A stretch of 64,000 bases of DNA from Caecitellus pseudoparvulus (GCA_965644315.1 CBFFRQ010000016.1:62001-126000); one strand, 5' to 3'; shown: positions 34,515 through 46,594, counted from the stretch's first letter. A program made the numbers and translations. Notes: generated by a model from the sequence alone, not told the origin.

Positions 34515-35826
34515 ACTGCTGCTTGGAAGAGGGGCCGCCGGCCACCTTGGGCGCAGCCGCCTTTGCAGCCCACACAGCGGCGCCCGCCACCCCCACCACG
34601 ACGACAGCGCCGGCTAGCCACCAGCCAGGGTGAACGAAGCCCCCCACAGAGGCCGCCTCCACATGCAGGGCTGTGTCGTTGGCAGCGTTGGCGTCCCAGG
34701 CTGCCTTGGCTGCCTCGGTGTCCAGTCGCTTCAGGCGCAAGGCAAAGGTGCGGATGGGGGTCAGGTTCAGAGACCCCACCGCCAGGGAGAAGGAGAGGCT
34801 GTCCCCCAGCGGAGGGGGGGTCGCACCCCCCTCCGGCTCCAGCCCAGCGGCCACAGCGTCTGACCCACGGCACCCCTGCCGGCAGGCCCGCCCCCAGTCC
34901 CCAGCAGGCAGCAAGGCCACACTGGACATCTGCACTGGGGCGCCCCTGTACACTCGCAGACACTCCATGGTGGCACCGTCCCACACGGCCCAGTTCTTGT
35001 TGTAGCTGGAGGTGGCGAAGAGGCCTGCCTCGGCATCCAACAGGGCGATGCAGGTACAGCGGCCAGCAGGGTGTGCGGGGGCACCTGTACAGGAGCCGTC
35101 AGCCAAGGACCACCGGCGCACGGTGGCGTCAGCGGCCACTGACACAATGGCGTGTTCGGAGGGCAGGTGCGCCAGGCCAGTCACCCACACGGGGTGAGCG
35201 GACGGCAGGGTACGGAGCAGGGCCCCACTGCGCGCATTCCAGATGCAGATGCTGCCTTCCGTGTCGCCACTGGCCACCGTGCCGGCTGGTCCATCCACCA
35301 GCACGCCACAGTACACTCCCGCACTGTGCCCCTCAAACACCGCCTGCACCGTCCACGACGTGACATCCCACACGATGCACTTGGAGTCGTTGCCGATGGA
35401 CACCAGGGACCAGCCACTGTTGGGCCCTCCTGCGGCGCCTGGGGCGGGGGGCGTGGCTGGCGGCACCAGCACCAGCCAGTGCACCTTGCGCGTGTGCTGC
35501 GTCAGCGTGTGCAAGCGCTGGCCGCTGGACAGGCTCACGACCGACATGGTCTTGTCGGAAGATGCCACCACAACTGTGTCGCCGTCGGGCAGCACTCTGA
35601 CGCAGTTGATGACCGCGCGGTGCTTCGGGCTGGCTACTTTCACCGCTTCGCCGGCGGCGTCCCAGGCTCCCAGCGTGCCGCTTTCAGCACCAGCCACGAT
35701 GCCGCCGCTCTGGGTGCTGCTGACGTTCACCCACGCCTCCTTCACATGTGCAGACAACTGCTTCTCCTCCTCCATGCTCTCCACGCGCCAGTCAGAGCGC
35801 AGGGGCTTCACGGCACTGGCTCCCAT
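34513..35826 (-). CDS. WD40-repeat protein with a C-terminal transmembrane helix
   Basis: Multiple WD repeats (HRAVINCV, HTRKVHWL, GNDSKCIVWD, GHSAGVYC, SGDTEGSICIWN, ADATVRRW) and a tail GWWLAGAVVVVGVAGAAVWAAK. Confidence 0.85.
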   Translation of the reverse strand: MGASAVKPLRSDWRVESMEEEKQLSAHVKEAWVNVSSTQSGGIVAGAESGTLGAWDAAGEAVKVASPKHRAVINCVRVLPDGDTVVVASSDKTMSVVSLSSGQRLHTLTQHTRKVHWLVLVPPATPPAPGAAGGPNSGWSLVSIGNDSKCIVWDVTSWTVQAVFEGHSAGVYCGVLVDGPAGTVASGDTEGSICIWNARSGALLRTLPSAHPVWVTGLAHLPSEHAIVSVAADATVRRWSLADGSCTGAPAHPAGRCTCIALLDAEAGLFATSSYNKNWAVWDGATMECLRVYRGAPVQMSSVALLPAGDWGRACRQGCRGSDAVAAGLEPEGGATPPPLGDSLSFSLAVGSLNLTPIRTFALRLKRLDTEAAKAAWDANAANDTALHVEAASVGGFVHPGWWLAGAVVVVGVAGAAVWAAKAAAPKVAGGPSSKQQ

Positions 35827-35978
35827 GTTGGCTGGATCTCACCAATTTCCGCACCACGGCACGCGCTGGGGAGTGCCACAGGCTCACTGCCTGAAGCTGA
35901 AGGGCGCGAAACATCCAGAGGAGCTCATGTATTGTGTGGGTTTCCTTGGGCTGGAGTTTTTATACCCTCGCCCCCAGT

Positions 35979-37506
35979 TCACTGCAGTCGCTTGAAGAGG
36001 GGGGCTGGCGAGGATGAGGCTGCTGCTGCAGCTTGTGCAGCCGCGCTGGCCGGCTCCTCCTGCGCATTGGCAGGCTTCTTGCCCGCGTCAGGTCCGTCAA
36101 TGCCCGCTCCGTTCTGGCCCTTGGTGATGACCTCCACGCCACGTGCCGCGGCGGCCGCCTCCACAGCCTGAGTGCCAGCCTCTGTCAGCACGTTGGCTGA
36201 CAAGTCCAGCGTGCTGAGGGCGGGGAGGGGCGCGCCCTCCAGCAGAGACGCCACCAGGCCCTGCACGCCGGTATCTGTCAGGCCGTTGCCCCCCAGGTCC
36301 AACAGCTGCAGGCACTGGGCGGCGTGGGGCGTGGCCAGCACACCGGCCACCAAGGCTGCAGCGCCGTCATCTCCTACCAAGGAGCCAAAGACAGACAGTT
36401 GTGCCACGTGAAGGGTGGGGGGCGTTTCGCCATGTCCAGAGCCAGATACGGCTGCTGCCAGGGCGGTGCTGCCATGGGGCCCCAGCACGCACCCCTTCAA
36501 ATCCAACATGGCCAGGTGTGCCGCATGCCCAGCTGGGGCCCAAGCCGCCAAGTGTCTCCACTCGTCTTCATCTGTGTCCTCCGCGATGCACCACTGTGCC
36601 TCACAGTGCCCCCTGCCGTCGGCGTGTGGGCCACCTGCTGCGCGCACTGCTGCTGCAACGCCACGCGGCCCGAGCGGGTTGCGGTTCACCTGCAGGTGCA
36701 GTGTGGACGCACCCCGGGCATCAGCTAGAGCAGAGACTTCTGCGGGGCCAATTTCCGTCGAATTCAATGCAATGTGCTGCAAGGTGGGCGCCGCTGCCAG
36801 CGCTGCGAGGGCTGCTTGCGTTGCTGCGCTGCTGCCCAGCGCGTTTCGACTCAAGTCGATGCTGCGGAGCGCAGGCGCACCCGCACCCACACCCTCCGCA
36901 ATGGCCTGCACTGACGACGCTGCAAGCCCACACTCTGCAAGGTGCACGGTGTGTAAGGACGTTGAGGCAGCCAGGGCCTTCGCAAGTGCCTGCCCATCTT
37001 CCCATGCGTTCCTGCCCAGGCGCAGGGTGGCCAGGGTGGGCGTGGCGGCCAGGGCCGCCGCCAGGTCGGGCAGGCATGCCCCAGTGAGGCCTTTGTTCTC
37101 CAGGTCCAGCTCTGCCAGGGTAGGGTGCCCGCTCACGGCCTTGAGCAGCGTGCTGGCGCCCGTGTCGCCCAGCGAGTCCGTGCCGATGCAGACCTTTCTG
37201 AGGGTTGTGTTTGCCTGGATGCCGGAGGCTGCGGGGAGGGTTGGCAGTGGATGTGCACACGCCTCACTGTCCGCCGGGCTGTCGGCCTCTCTCACCCAAG
37301 GACGCCAACGCGGCGGGGGACAGCGAGTGTCCTGAAGCGTAGAACTCCCCGAGCCGCTGAGTGGCGGCCAGGGCAGCCCCCAGTGCCGCTGCCCCCGCAT
37401 CGTCAACCTTCCGGAAAGGGAGGATGTACACGGCATCAGATTCGCTGTCTTGAATCTTGTCGACGAGGTCTTGGCAGCTGGCTGCTCCGCTGCGGCCCCA
37501 GGCCAT
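35979..37506 (-). CDS. RNI-like leucine-rich repeat protein
   Basis: Exon 1 (MAWGRSGAASCQDL...) plus one intron. Repeats include LAELDLENKGL, LATLRLGRN, LRSIDLSRNALG, LQLLDLGGNGLTDTG and LSTLDLSANVLTEAG. Confidence 0.88.
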
Positions 37507-37508
37507 GC

Positions 37509-37519
37509 TGCGGAAATTG
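37509..37519 (-). promoter_or_regulatory. CAATTTCCGCA motif 2 nt upstream of the LRR gene ATG
   Basis: The minus strand reads CAATTTCCGCAGC-ATG. Confidence 0.5.
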
Positions 37520-37653
37520 CTTCACTGTGTTCACCAAGACCACGTCAAAGCGCACCTTGCGGGTCAGGCGGATGCAAATCGCGACCATGGACTGCGAGCA
37601 AGCGCTAGTGAATTCGGGTGTCAGTTTTGTCAAACAGCTGCCACCTCCCACCG

Positions 37654-38586
37654 TCACTTCCTGGCCGCACTGTCTTCGTAGGAGGGCACCATGGTGCCAG
37701 CAACACCCCCCATGAGGCAGAAGAGGCCGAAGCGCGCCACGCCACCCAGCCCACTCTTGCGCAGCATGTTCACAGACACAGCACTTGCAGCCAGAGTCCC
37801 CGCGGCGATCTGAGTCGCCAGCAGGGGGGGGTAGTACCTCTGCACCTCCAGCTCCGGGTCAGCCTGTGCTGGCTTGCCGCCCACTTCCCCGCCACGCAAA
37901 TCCGGCATGGTGAAGCCATCCAAAGCAGCCACCTGCGGCGTGTGCACACTTCCGTCACTCCAGCGCACGTCTTGTGCTTGGGGGGGCAGCCCCACATCCC
38001 CCTGCACGTCCACAGGCGCCGGGGCGTCTGCCTCTGCAGCTGCAACAGGTGGCACCACCAGCGGCTGCAAGCCCAGCACTGAGTGCATGACAGGCCTCAA
38101 ACCAAATTCTAGCCCTGTGGCAGGGCGGCAGGGCGCCTGGTGTGCTGCGAGCTGGCTCGACCGAAATGCGCGGACAAGCCACTCACCGTAGAAGGCAGCT
38201 GAGCCGACTGCAATGGGCAGCCACGTGAGCATCCCCACCCGCATGCCTCCACGAATCAGTGCAATCTCTGAAAGCTCCTTCCTGCAACGCGGATGAGACG
38301 GGGCTGCTGTGGCGGCACTTTGACTGGCAAGTGCGGAACTTGGGCCTGCGCACCTCGCCGGGCTCTGCATGAGCTGCATGAACTGGTACATGGTGAGGAA
38401 AGGGTACAGCGGCAGGGCCAACTTGAAGCCGTAATAGGCACGGTACATGATGGTGTCCTCTGAGAAGCCCATGTCCTGCATGTCAGGCAGCCAGGTGCCA
38501 AGGGCTGGGTGGCCCACCACAAGAGGCTGCCGTGCAGGCACCCGGCTCAGGGCTGGGCTGCCCTGCCGCGCTGGAGGGGCAGCCAT
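37654..38586 (-). CDS. Small multi-pass membrane protein, possibly a divergent Tim17/Tim22/PRAT-family member
   Basis: ATG at 38586 and in-frame intron 38353-38282. About four hydrophobic segments with small-residue motifs (IAAGTLAASAV, GLFCLMGGVAG). Family assignment is weak. Confidence 0.4.
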   Translation of the reverse strand: MAAPPARQGSPALSRVPARQPLVVGHPALGTWLPDMQDMGFSEDTIMYRAYYGFKLALPLYPFLTMYQFMQLMQSPARCAGPSSALASQSAATAAPSHPRCRKELSEIALIRGGMRVGMLTWLPIAVGSAAFYGEWLVRAFRSSQLAAHQAPCRPATGLEFGLRPVMHSVLGLQPLVVPPVAAAEADAPAPVDVQGDVGLPPQAQDVRWSDGSVHTPQVAALDGFTMPDLRGGEVGGKPAQADPELEVQRYYPPLLATQIAAGTLAASAVSVNMLRKSGLGGVARFGLFCLMGGVAGTMVPSYEDSAARK

Positions 38587-39411
38587 GGTGCTGGAGGTGT
38601 CGTGGCTAGGAGGGCAGACCTTAGCCTTGCTGGCGCCGCGTGCTGCTGCGACAGCCTGGCCCCACGTGCAGCTAGTGACTTGTGGTGTATGCCGCTGCCC
38701 CTCTGCCTTGCGCGAGAAGAGCAGGCAGTTCAACAAGCGCGTGCCCACCGGATCTAAGCCGAACTTCAGGCGTGGGGTAAAGAGGGGAGCGTGTGGAGTT
38801 TGGCCCAGGGCTGAGATTGCGGTGTGAGGAGGGAAGGGATGAGGGGGTCCTGTTGCGGATGACGGGGAGCAGCGGAGCTCACGAGTGGAGCCGCTCATCA
38901 AGCATGGCTCCTCTGGTGCCACTGGGCGCCTTGTCTGGGCCACGTCTGGCTTGCAGGCCAGTGGCTGAGTCTGCCCCGGCGTGAGTGTAGATTGCCGAGC
39001 AGCCGCAGGGCGCCAATCATGTCGCACCACCAGTCGACAAGCGCCCTGCACTGAAAAAGTGGTTTGGTTGTGTTCTCAAGAGGTGTTCCTGATGCTGATT
39101 TTTGCGTGCTGTACAAGAGCGACATGCGTGGGTGGCGTGGAAGCGAGGCAACGGAGAATGTGGGGGGGGGGGGCTCGGCTCGGCGAAACGCCCTTGCTCG
39201 CGCGATCCGCACACTCCGACACAGCCCACAAAATACCTCGAATCCACACACGTCATTTACCCTACTACCCTCCCACCCACACGTTTTCGCCTGCAAAAGC
39301 CCCTGTACCCGCAGACAGGCGAGCAGCGGCTTGCGCGGACGCTTCGCTGCTTCTTCCGCGAAAGGCGGCTGCAGTTGTACCCACCTCGCACAGCACCTGC
39401 CTTGAAGCGCC

Positions 39412-40759
39412 ATGGGGCTTGGAGGGCGAGGAAGGCGAGCAGGGGGGCGTCGGGCTGGTGGACGCCATGGCAGCCACCAGCACCACCCTTTTGGGCACCA
39501 CCACCCATTCTCGCACTCAAGCGGTGGCACAAGCACACTTCGGAGCAGGGGCACAAGGTCAGGGACGCTCCCAATGCACACATGGCAATGTGGCAAAAAC
39601 GAAGTCATTGACTACTGGCGGTATCCTGCCTACGGCCTGGCTGCCATTCCTCTCATCGCATTTATCATCATTATGGCAGTGAACGGGGGCGTGCCGCTGG
39701 GTGGCGAGGCCTGGAAGGAGGCCAACTGGGGCGAGGCAGATTGCACCGTAGAAACCAAAGCAGGAGCGGGCAGCAGTTTCTTCGGACCTGGTAAGTGTTT
39801 GCCTTGCACTGCACAACCCCCTCCGGCTGCTCCGTGCACTGCAACCTCCCCTCGCTCGGCAACCCACAGTGACAAAGTTCAGGTATTCTGTGTTGTACGC
39901 ACCATCCGATTTTATCAAATGGCAGGAGGCTGTAGATTCAAGCACTTCATCTTGTACATCCCCAGTGAATAGCGATTTGCGCGTGTCAGGTACGGCGTGC
40001 TCCCTGGAGGGAGTGTGCCTGAAGGGTTGTAAAGGTTGTCCGACCGCCTGCAACGACATCGGCGGGGATGTCATCATCACCGACTGCCCGGTGCTGCGCA
40101 GCCCCTTTGACACCACTGCATTCACCAACTGCATGCCGTACGAGGGCGACAACGTAGAGGCGAGCGGCCAGACGTGCTGGTATGCCAAGCAGAACCCGGC
40201 GTACGTCACGTACGACGACCCCATCCTGTTGGCCTCCACGCCACCCTTCATTGGGTGGATCGTCAGCCTCGTCTTTACCATTGTGGCAGTTATCACTGTT
40301 GTTGTCCTGGAAGTCTTGGCTCGCGTGGTGAAGCCCCCCTGCTGTGTGCGCGAGGAGCCCAAGCCACAAGCCCCAAGCACTCCCTTGGATGATGCAGCAC
40401 GGTCAGAAGCCCTGTCTCGGGCACTGGGCAACGCTGTGCAGTCCTTGACACCCATCGCAGTGCAGACCATGACCTCTCCGGCACAGGCAGGAGGGGTTGG
40501 CTTTGGTGCTGCCGCTGTCAGCCCAGCCTTCCCTCAGCCACAGCACCAGCCGCAGCAGGCGCCGATGCCGCAGCCTGCACCGGCCCCAGCTCCAGTCCCT
40601 GCACCAGCGCCAGCGCCATCGTACACGGGCTACAGTGCTGCACCTCCGTCGTACTCTGCCACGCCAGCCGTGGGTGCTGCCATGCAGCCCAGCTACCCGT
40701 CGTACCCAGCATATCCAGGCATGTCTCCTCCTGGCTACTCGAGCACTCCTGGATACTGA
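39412..40759 (+). CDS. Two-TM membrane protein with a large Cys-rich external loop (BK-beta/TipE/DUF3592-like topology) and a Pro/Tyr-rich tail
   Basis: Intron 39791-39869 (GTAAGT...CAG). TM1 YGLAAIPLIAFIIIMAV is followed by EADCTV and many Cys; CWYAKQNPAYV precedes TM2 FIGWIVSLVFTIVAVITVVVL. Confidence 0.6.
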
Positions 40760-41003
40760 TGTGGGTGGTGTACACAAGCAAGTATCGATAAGGTGCACAA
40801 CAGGTGCGCCTCTTCGCTGGCTGCTCAGCAGAGCTTGGCGGCGCGCATACAGCGTGCCAGCCACCGGGCCGTCACCACCCCGCGCAAAAGTCCGCTGGGA
40901 ATCAAACCACACAGCCCGCGCTGCCTCATTTCTTCGGCCCTGAAGCAGCCTCTGCGTACTTGGTGCACTGTGCATTGCTGCTACAGGCAGTTACACTGTA
41001 AAA

Positions 41004-42323
41004 ATGAAGTCGCTGTCCTCCATGGAGCTGAGCATCCTTGCCATAGCGCTGACACTGGTAGTGGCAGCTGCGGCAATTGCATGCGGAGTTTGGGCGTCCA
41101 CATGGCTTCATCCGCATGGAAAGCCTCTATGGTTGAGTGCTGCAAGCACTTGTGCGGGTGGTGTTTTGATTTCGGCGGCAGTGGTGCATTTGCTGGGCGA
41201 TAGCGCGACAGACCCTGATGTTCTCGCTCTCACGTGAGCAGCAGCGCGTGCGCTGGAGCGCACTGCTTTCTCGCCAGCGCAGCACGGCAGCTGCGACGCC
41301 CCCCACAGGCCTTTCCCCGTGTCCATGGCATCCTTCTGCACGGGGTTCATCCTGATCATGGTCATGGAGGCCGTGGCGCACGCCATGATGCGCAGCGCTG
41401 TGTCCCCTGCAGCCGCAGACGTGCTCACCACCACTACGGCCAAACGTCACACTGACACGGACTCAGGCTCGGACCCCAGCGTGAACAGCCCTGCCGCGCC
41501 AAGCAGTGCCACAGCCCTCATGGCAGAGCCCTCGGCCGCCCCCCACAAACCCTGGCAAACCTGCACTTCCTCCGGCACACGCTTGTGCACGTGTGGCTCC
41601 TGGTGCAGCCGTGCTGCCCTGGGTGCTGGCGCCGCTGCCGCCTCCCTCAGCCTGCATTCCATCATCGCCGGCATCGGCATGGGTGCAACTCAGGACACAG
41701 GACAGCAGGCAGACCTCCTGCTGGCTGTGCTGGCCCACAAGGGGCTGGCTGCCTTCAGCCTGGCCCTGCTCGCGTCCACCCTGCGCCCCCGCCTGCGGGC
41801 CCTGCTGCTGGGCATCTTCACACTGTCCACGCCACTGGGCATCTGCATCGGCATGGGCATTGCGTCTGCGGCGGAGGACACAGCTGTCATCCCCCTTGTC
41901 ATCGCCTTCGCATCAGGCACCATCCTGTACACGGGCGCCTTTGAAATCGTGCAACCTGAGCTCGTACCCGAGGCAGCTAGCGGGGAAGAGGGGGGGCACG
42001 AAGGCCTTCTCATCGCGGCACTAGCCCCCATGGCAGCCTCCACACCCCGCCTGCCGCATTGGAGTGGCGTGGGGGATGCGTATGTCCCCTTGGCAGGCCG
42101 GCCTCGTTCTGCATCGGCTGGGCACTCGCCCGGCGCCCTGCCCCTGACTCACCAAGACATAGCTGACTCAAGTGCACCGGCACCAAGTGCGGGAGGGGAA
42201 GGCACCGTGCCCCCCCCTCCCTGCTCCACCCACGTACACCCGCCTCTGTGGCACCTGGCTGTGAAGGTGCTCAGCATGTGCGCTGGCTTCGCTGGCATGA
42301 GCTCCTTGGCCCTGTGGGTGTGA
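41004..42323 (+). CDS. ZIP family zinc/iron transporter
   Basis: One intron. Motifs AGGVLISAAVVHLL, SLSLHSIIAGIGMG, AVLAHKGLAAFSL, STPLGICIG and ASGTILY. Confidence 0.93.
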
Positions 42324-42366
42324 GGGAATGCATTCAAAGGGGCGCGCAGCCCCCCCCCCTCCTCCT

Positions 42367-45300
42367 CTACGCAAACTCCAGCATTTGGTCGAACTGCTCC
42401 TCCGAGGCCGCCCGCACCTCCGGGCTCCAGTGCGCCCTGTTCGCCACTAGCGCCCGCGTGACGGCTTGCTGGGTGCCCCGTGAAGGCAGGATGTAGTACA
42501 GCCGGACGTACATGTTGGAGATGAGGTCCAGTGCGCCCCGCGCCACGGCAGCGTGGTCCGACGTCAAGCACTCGATGATGCGGTACACCAGGCTGCGCAT
42601 GAGGGCGCGCTGGCCTGTGACGAGGGGGGCTGGGCACGCTAGCATGACGGTCTGGGTCAGGCGCAGCCAGGACACTTCCCGCCCTGCATCCTTGCGGGGC
42701 CAGGCGGCCAGGAAGCGGTGCAGGAGCACCAGCGCGATGTGAGGTCGCGGCGGCACCATGGAAGACACGACCTCACACAGCACCTCGAAGTGCTCGTCCA
42801 GCAACGGCCGTGTCCGCGCCGCGTTGACAAAGGCACGTGCCAGCAGCTCCAGCTGCGCCGTGAGCCAGGTGGAGGTGCCAGGGGGTGCTGATGGCGTCAG
42901 GTTCTGGCACTCCCGAGACACGGTGCGGGTGCAGAAGGAAAGCAGGTCCACGAGGTAGCCGCCGTCGCCGATGCCGCCCACGATGCGGCGACCGCCCATG
43001 CGCCCCGCAGCGGCAGCCTCAGCCTCCAGCACCACGGCGTGGCGAAAGCGCCTGCGGTTTTTGAGGTCACGCAGGAATGTCTCCAGGTGGTCTGCCGACA
43101 CCTCTGCGAGGGCCTTGGTGATCCACAGGCGGTACACGGGCAGCTTGAGGAAGGCCGCGCGCAGGGCACAGTAGCGCTGGGACGGCAGGTGGGGCGGGTC
43201 GTCCACCAGCTCCCACATCCACCGGCACAGCACGCGCTGACCGAAGGCCTCCCAGAAGGCCTTGGTGGGGGCCCAGTACCCCACTGGGGCGGGGGGGCTG
43301 GGCGCTGGGGTGCTGCGTGCTGCGCCCTCGGCCGTGTCCCCCCCCCGCGAGGGACAAAAGGGTGTGCCGGGCGTGTCGTTCCAGTCGTGCTGCCCCTGCT
43401 GTGCTGCGTTGGAGGAGCCGCTGTCCAGGAGGGTGGGGCGCAAGGCAGCCAGTGGGCCGGGGGGGGTGGACCCCCCCTCATCCCGTGCCGCCTCGGCGCC
43501 TGGGGGGGGCGCCATCATCTCGGCCAGCACGGAGCCGGGGGAGGGACCCGTGCCGGAGGGGGGGTCCAGCGCAAGCGGAGGGGGGGTCCCCACCCCCTCC
43601 GCCTCCGCCAGCGCCCCCCCATCCTCCATCGCGCTGCTGTCCAGGCTGACACTGCGGGCGCGGCGGCGGATTGCGGGGGGGGGCGACAGCCCGCCGCTGG
43701 ACACGGTGCCCCCCCCCGCCGAGCTGCCGCCTGGGCTGCCAGTGGCAGAGCTGGTGACACTGCTGACGTCATCAGGGGGGGACAGGGGGGAGGTGGGCGG
43801 GGACCGCGCCGCCTGCACGGCAGGAGCCGCCGTCCCCTGTGTGTCCCCTCCCCCCGGCGCGGGGCTGGCGAAGTGCAGGGTGGGGGAGGGGGGGGGTCTG
43901 CTGCCTGCCAGACGGGGCGGTGACCCCCCCTCCCCGACACCCGTACCTCCCCCGCCATGGCCCAACAAGGCAGAAGGAGGAGACATGGTCCAGGTCTTGG
44001 GGGGGCTGTCCCCCCCTCCACCCCCCCCCCCACTGCGCTGGGCCAGGCTGCCGAATGTGCCTGGTGAGGAAAGGGCTCGGCCCAGGGACAGGTGCCCTGG
44101 TGAGGCGGAGAGGCTGGACTGGTAGGGGGAGGCGAAGAGTGGGGGGGAGAGGGGGGTACCGCGCACAGCTGCCAGCTGCAGGGAGGGCAGTGGGGCGCCG
44201 TCTCCTGTGGTGTTGGGGGAAGTGGAGGGTGGGCCCATGCCACCCCTTCGTTCAGGGGGGCTGAAGGAAGAGGGGGGCGAGGAACCCCCCCCTTCACCCA
44301 CTCCCCCCTGCAGCACAGCGGAGGCGGAGGCTGCGCGCATGAGGGGCGGGCAGCCCTGTGAGGGGGGGGCTGGGCCACTGGCAGCAGGGGTTGGCGCGGC
44401 GGCTGCGTCCGTCGCGCGTGTGGCGGCGGGTGGAGGGAGCAGCGTGCCGCCGCCGCGCCCGCCACCCCCCGCTGAGTGTGCCGTCATGGAGAGGGGGGAG
44501 GGGGTGTGGGGGCCCCCCCCTCCGAAGCCGAAGCTGGCCAGTGCAGAGGAGGTGGCATCGGGTGACAGGCTGGAGACACGCTGGGCGGCGTCGGGGAAGA
44601 GGGGGAGGGGGCGGGTGTCCAGGGTGGGCGCGCGGGACCCCCCCTCCTCCGCTGTCGGCAGGGGGGGTGTGCGGTGTGTCTCAGTGTCGGCAGACTCGTC
44701 TTGGTCGTGCAGGGGGGGGGTGCACCCCCCCTCCTCCAGGGACGCAGGGGAGTCCAGGCCCCCCTCATCCTCCTCCTCCACATGCCCCCCTCCCAGTGGG
44801 ACGTGGAGAGGCGGAGGGGGGGTGCCGCCCCTGTCTGACGCCCCCCCTTGTCCAGCCAGCGCTGAAGGGGGCGGGGAAGGGGCCTGCTCCCCCTCTGGCG
44901 ACCCAGCGGTGGGGCCTGGGGAGACGGAGGCGGGGGGTGGTGACTCCCCACCCCGGCCTGGGGCGCGGACAAAATGGACGAATGACGTCAGGGGCGTGAG
45001 GTCGCTAAACTCCGCAGCGAGGAAGTGGCGCATGGCGGCGAAGGCGGAGGACTGCCGTCCCCGCCGGCCCCCCGAGCTGAAGGGGTCGTAGCCCCCCCCC
45101 ATACACCCCTCGTCCCCCCCCTCGTCGCTGGACGCGCCGTCCCCCTCCTCCTCCCCCGTGTCCCCCCTGCCCCCGCACGATGCCGTCCGGGAACAGTGTG
45201 CTCAGCATGGCGCTAGTGAGGGTGCCTGCCGCCATCATGCGGTCAGCGGGGCGGCCTGCGTCCAGGATCGGACCACCCCCCCCTCCACCTGCCCCTGCAC

Positions 45301-46594
45301 CCCCCCCCTCCTCCGGGGCATCATCCCGCACAGCAGGCGCCGAGGAAGGCACCGCCCCCCCCTGCGGCACCACGTGCTGCACGATACCGCTGGCCATTTC
45401 CAGGGGCGTGCTGCTGCCGCCGCCCTCCTCGTCTGATGCGTTTCGCGGCTGCGGCACCCGTAGTGTGGGTGTGGCCATGCCGGCGGGGCGCTGCCGAGCT
45501 GGAGGGGGGGCGGAGGGGGGTGTGTACCCCCCTTCCCTCTCACTCAGGGTGACAGCTGCAGGAGGGGTGTCTGGGCGCGGCGTGACGGCTGCCTGAGGGG
45601 GGGGGCTGGTGTCACCCCCCCCCTCTTCGTCGCTGCCCCCCCCCGCCGCCTTGGGGTCTGAGGGGGTGCGGGAGGTGGACAGGGGCGAGGGCGCGCCTGC
45701 CTCGACCCCCCCCTCCACCCCCTTGGACTGACTCCGACGCCACTGGCGCCGACCCCGGCGGAGCGTGGGCAAGCTGCGCAGGGGGGGGGTGGCGTCTGAC
45801 GCTCGCCCCACCCGCTGGCCTGGCGAACGTGATGCGGTGGTGATGGCGCCCTGCGGCCCCACGAACCAGTCCGACAGGCTGGCCAGGGAGGGCGGCGCAT
45901 ACACGTTGGCGGCGTTCCACACGCCGCCCAGTGTCGGCACGTCAGGTGTGGAGGGGGCGGCAGAGGACGCTGAGCCAGAGCGCCCCCGTGGGGGTGTGCC
46001 TGCCTCGCCGCCCTCCGTGCTCAGCACAGCTAAGGAGGCGCCAGGGCCACAATGGGGTGCATCTTCATGAGCTAGGATGGGGGTTGCCGCCCCCATGTCG
46101 CTGCCCCCTGCAATGCCAGGGCTGCCGAGTGACTTGGAGGAAACGCCGCCGCCCTCACCGCTGCTCTGGCTGCCGCCATCGGCAGCGGCCGTGCCAATGT
46201 CCACCTGGAAGTTGAAGTGGTCTGCTTGATCTCGCAGTGCAGCGCGCCTGGCGTGGGCGGCAGCTGCGCTGCGGCTGTGCTGCGAGAACCGCCCGCCGCC
46301 AATGGCTCGAGCAAAGCGGCCGCCGCCTCGCCTGCCTCGTCGACGGCCTGGCGCCTGGCGAGGCTTGAATGCCGCAGGCAGGTAGTCCGCGTGGTCCACC
46401 TTCTTCTTGCTGTGTGGGTGCGGGGCCAAGTGTGCACACGGCGCCGAGAAGAGGCGAAGGCCCAGCGCCGCTGCCTGGCATGAGCACCTGGAGCTGCCAT
46501 GTTCGGCGTTTCGTCAGCGAAATGCCATGAAACCCCGACGCAAAATGACCACGCACCTTGCCACGAGGCGCTTGCCAACCATAGAGCTGGACAT
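42367..46594 (-). CDS. Highly divergent PP2A B56 (B') regulatory-subunit-like protein with very long low-complexity insertions; apparent 1-nt frameshift at ~45162-45167
   Basis: The C-terminal WPRKDAGREV...RIIECLTSDHAAVARGAL...HWSPEV matches B56 WP..S.KEV...C..S.HFQVAERAL...HWN. The start MSSSMVGKRLVA is spliced (46556-46411) to KKKVDH. The two long ORFs join across a G6 run. Confidence 0.65.

Noticed and set aside
38600-39400. Possible extra small spliced gene, or a long N-terminal extension of the 37654 ORF
   Set aside because: Splice-like signals exist but give no recognisable protein, so I treated it as divergent promoter/UTR.
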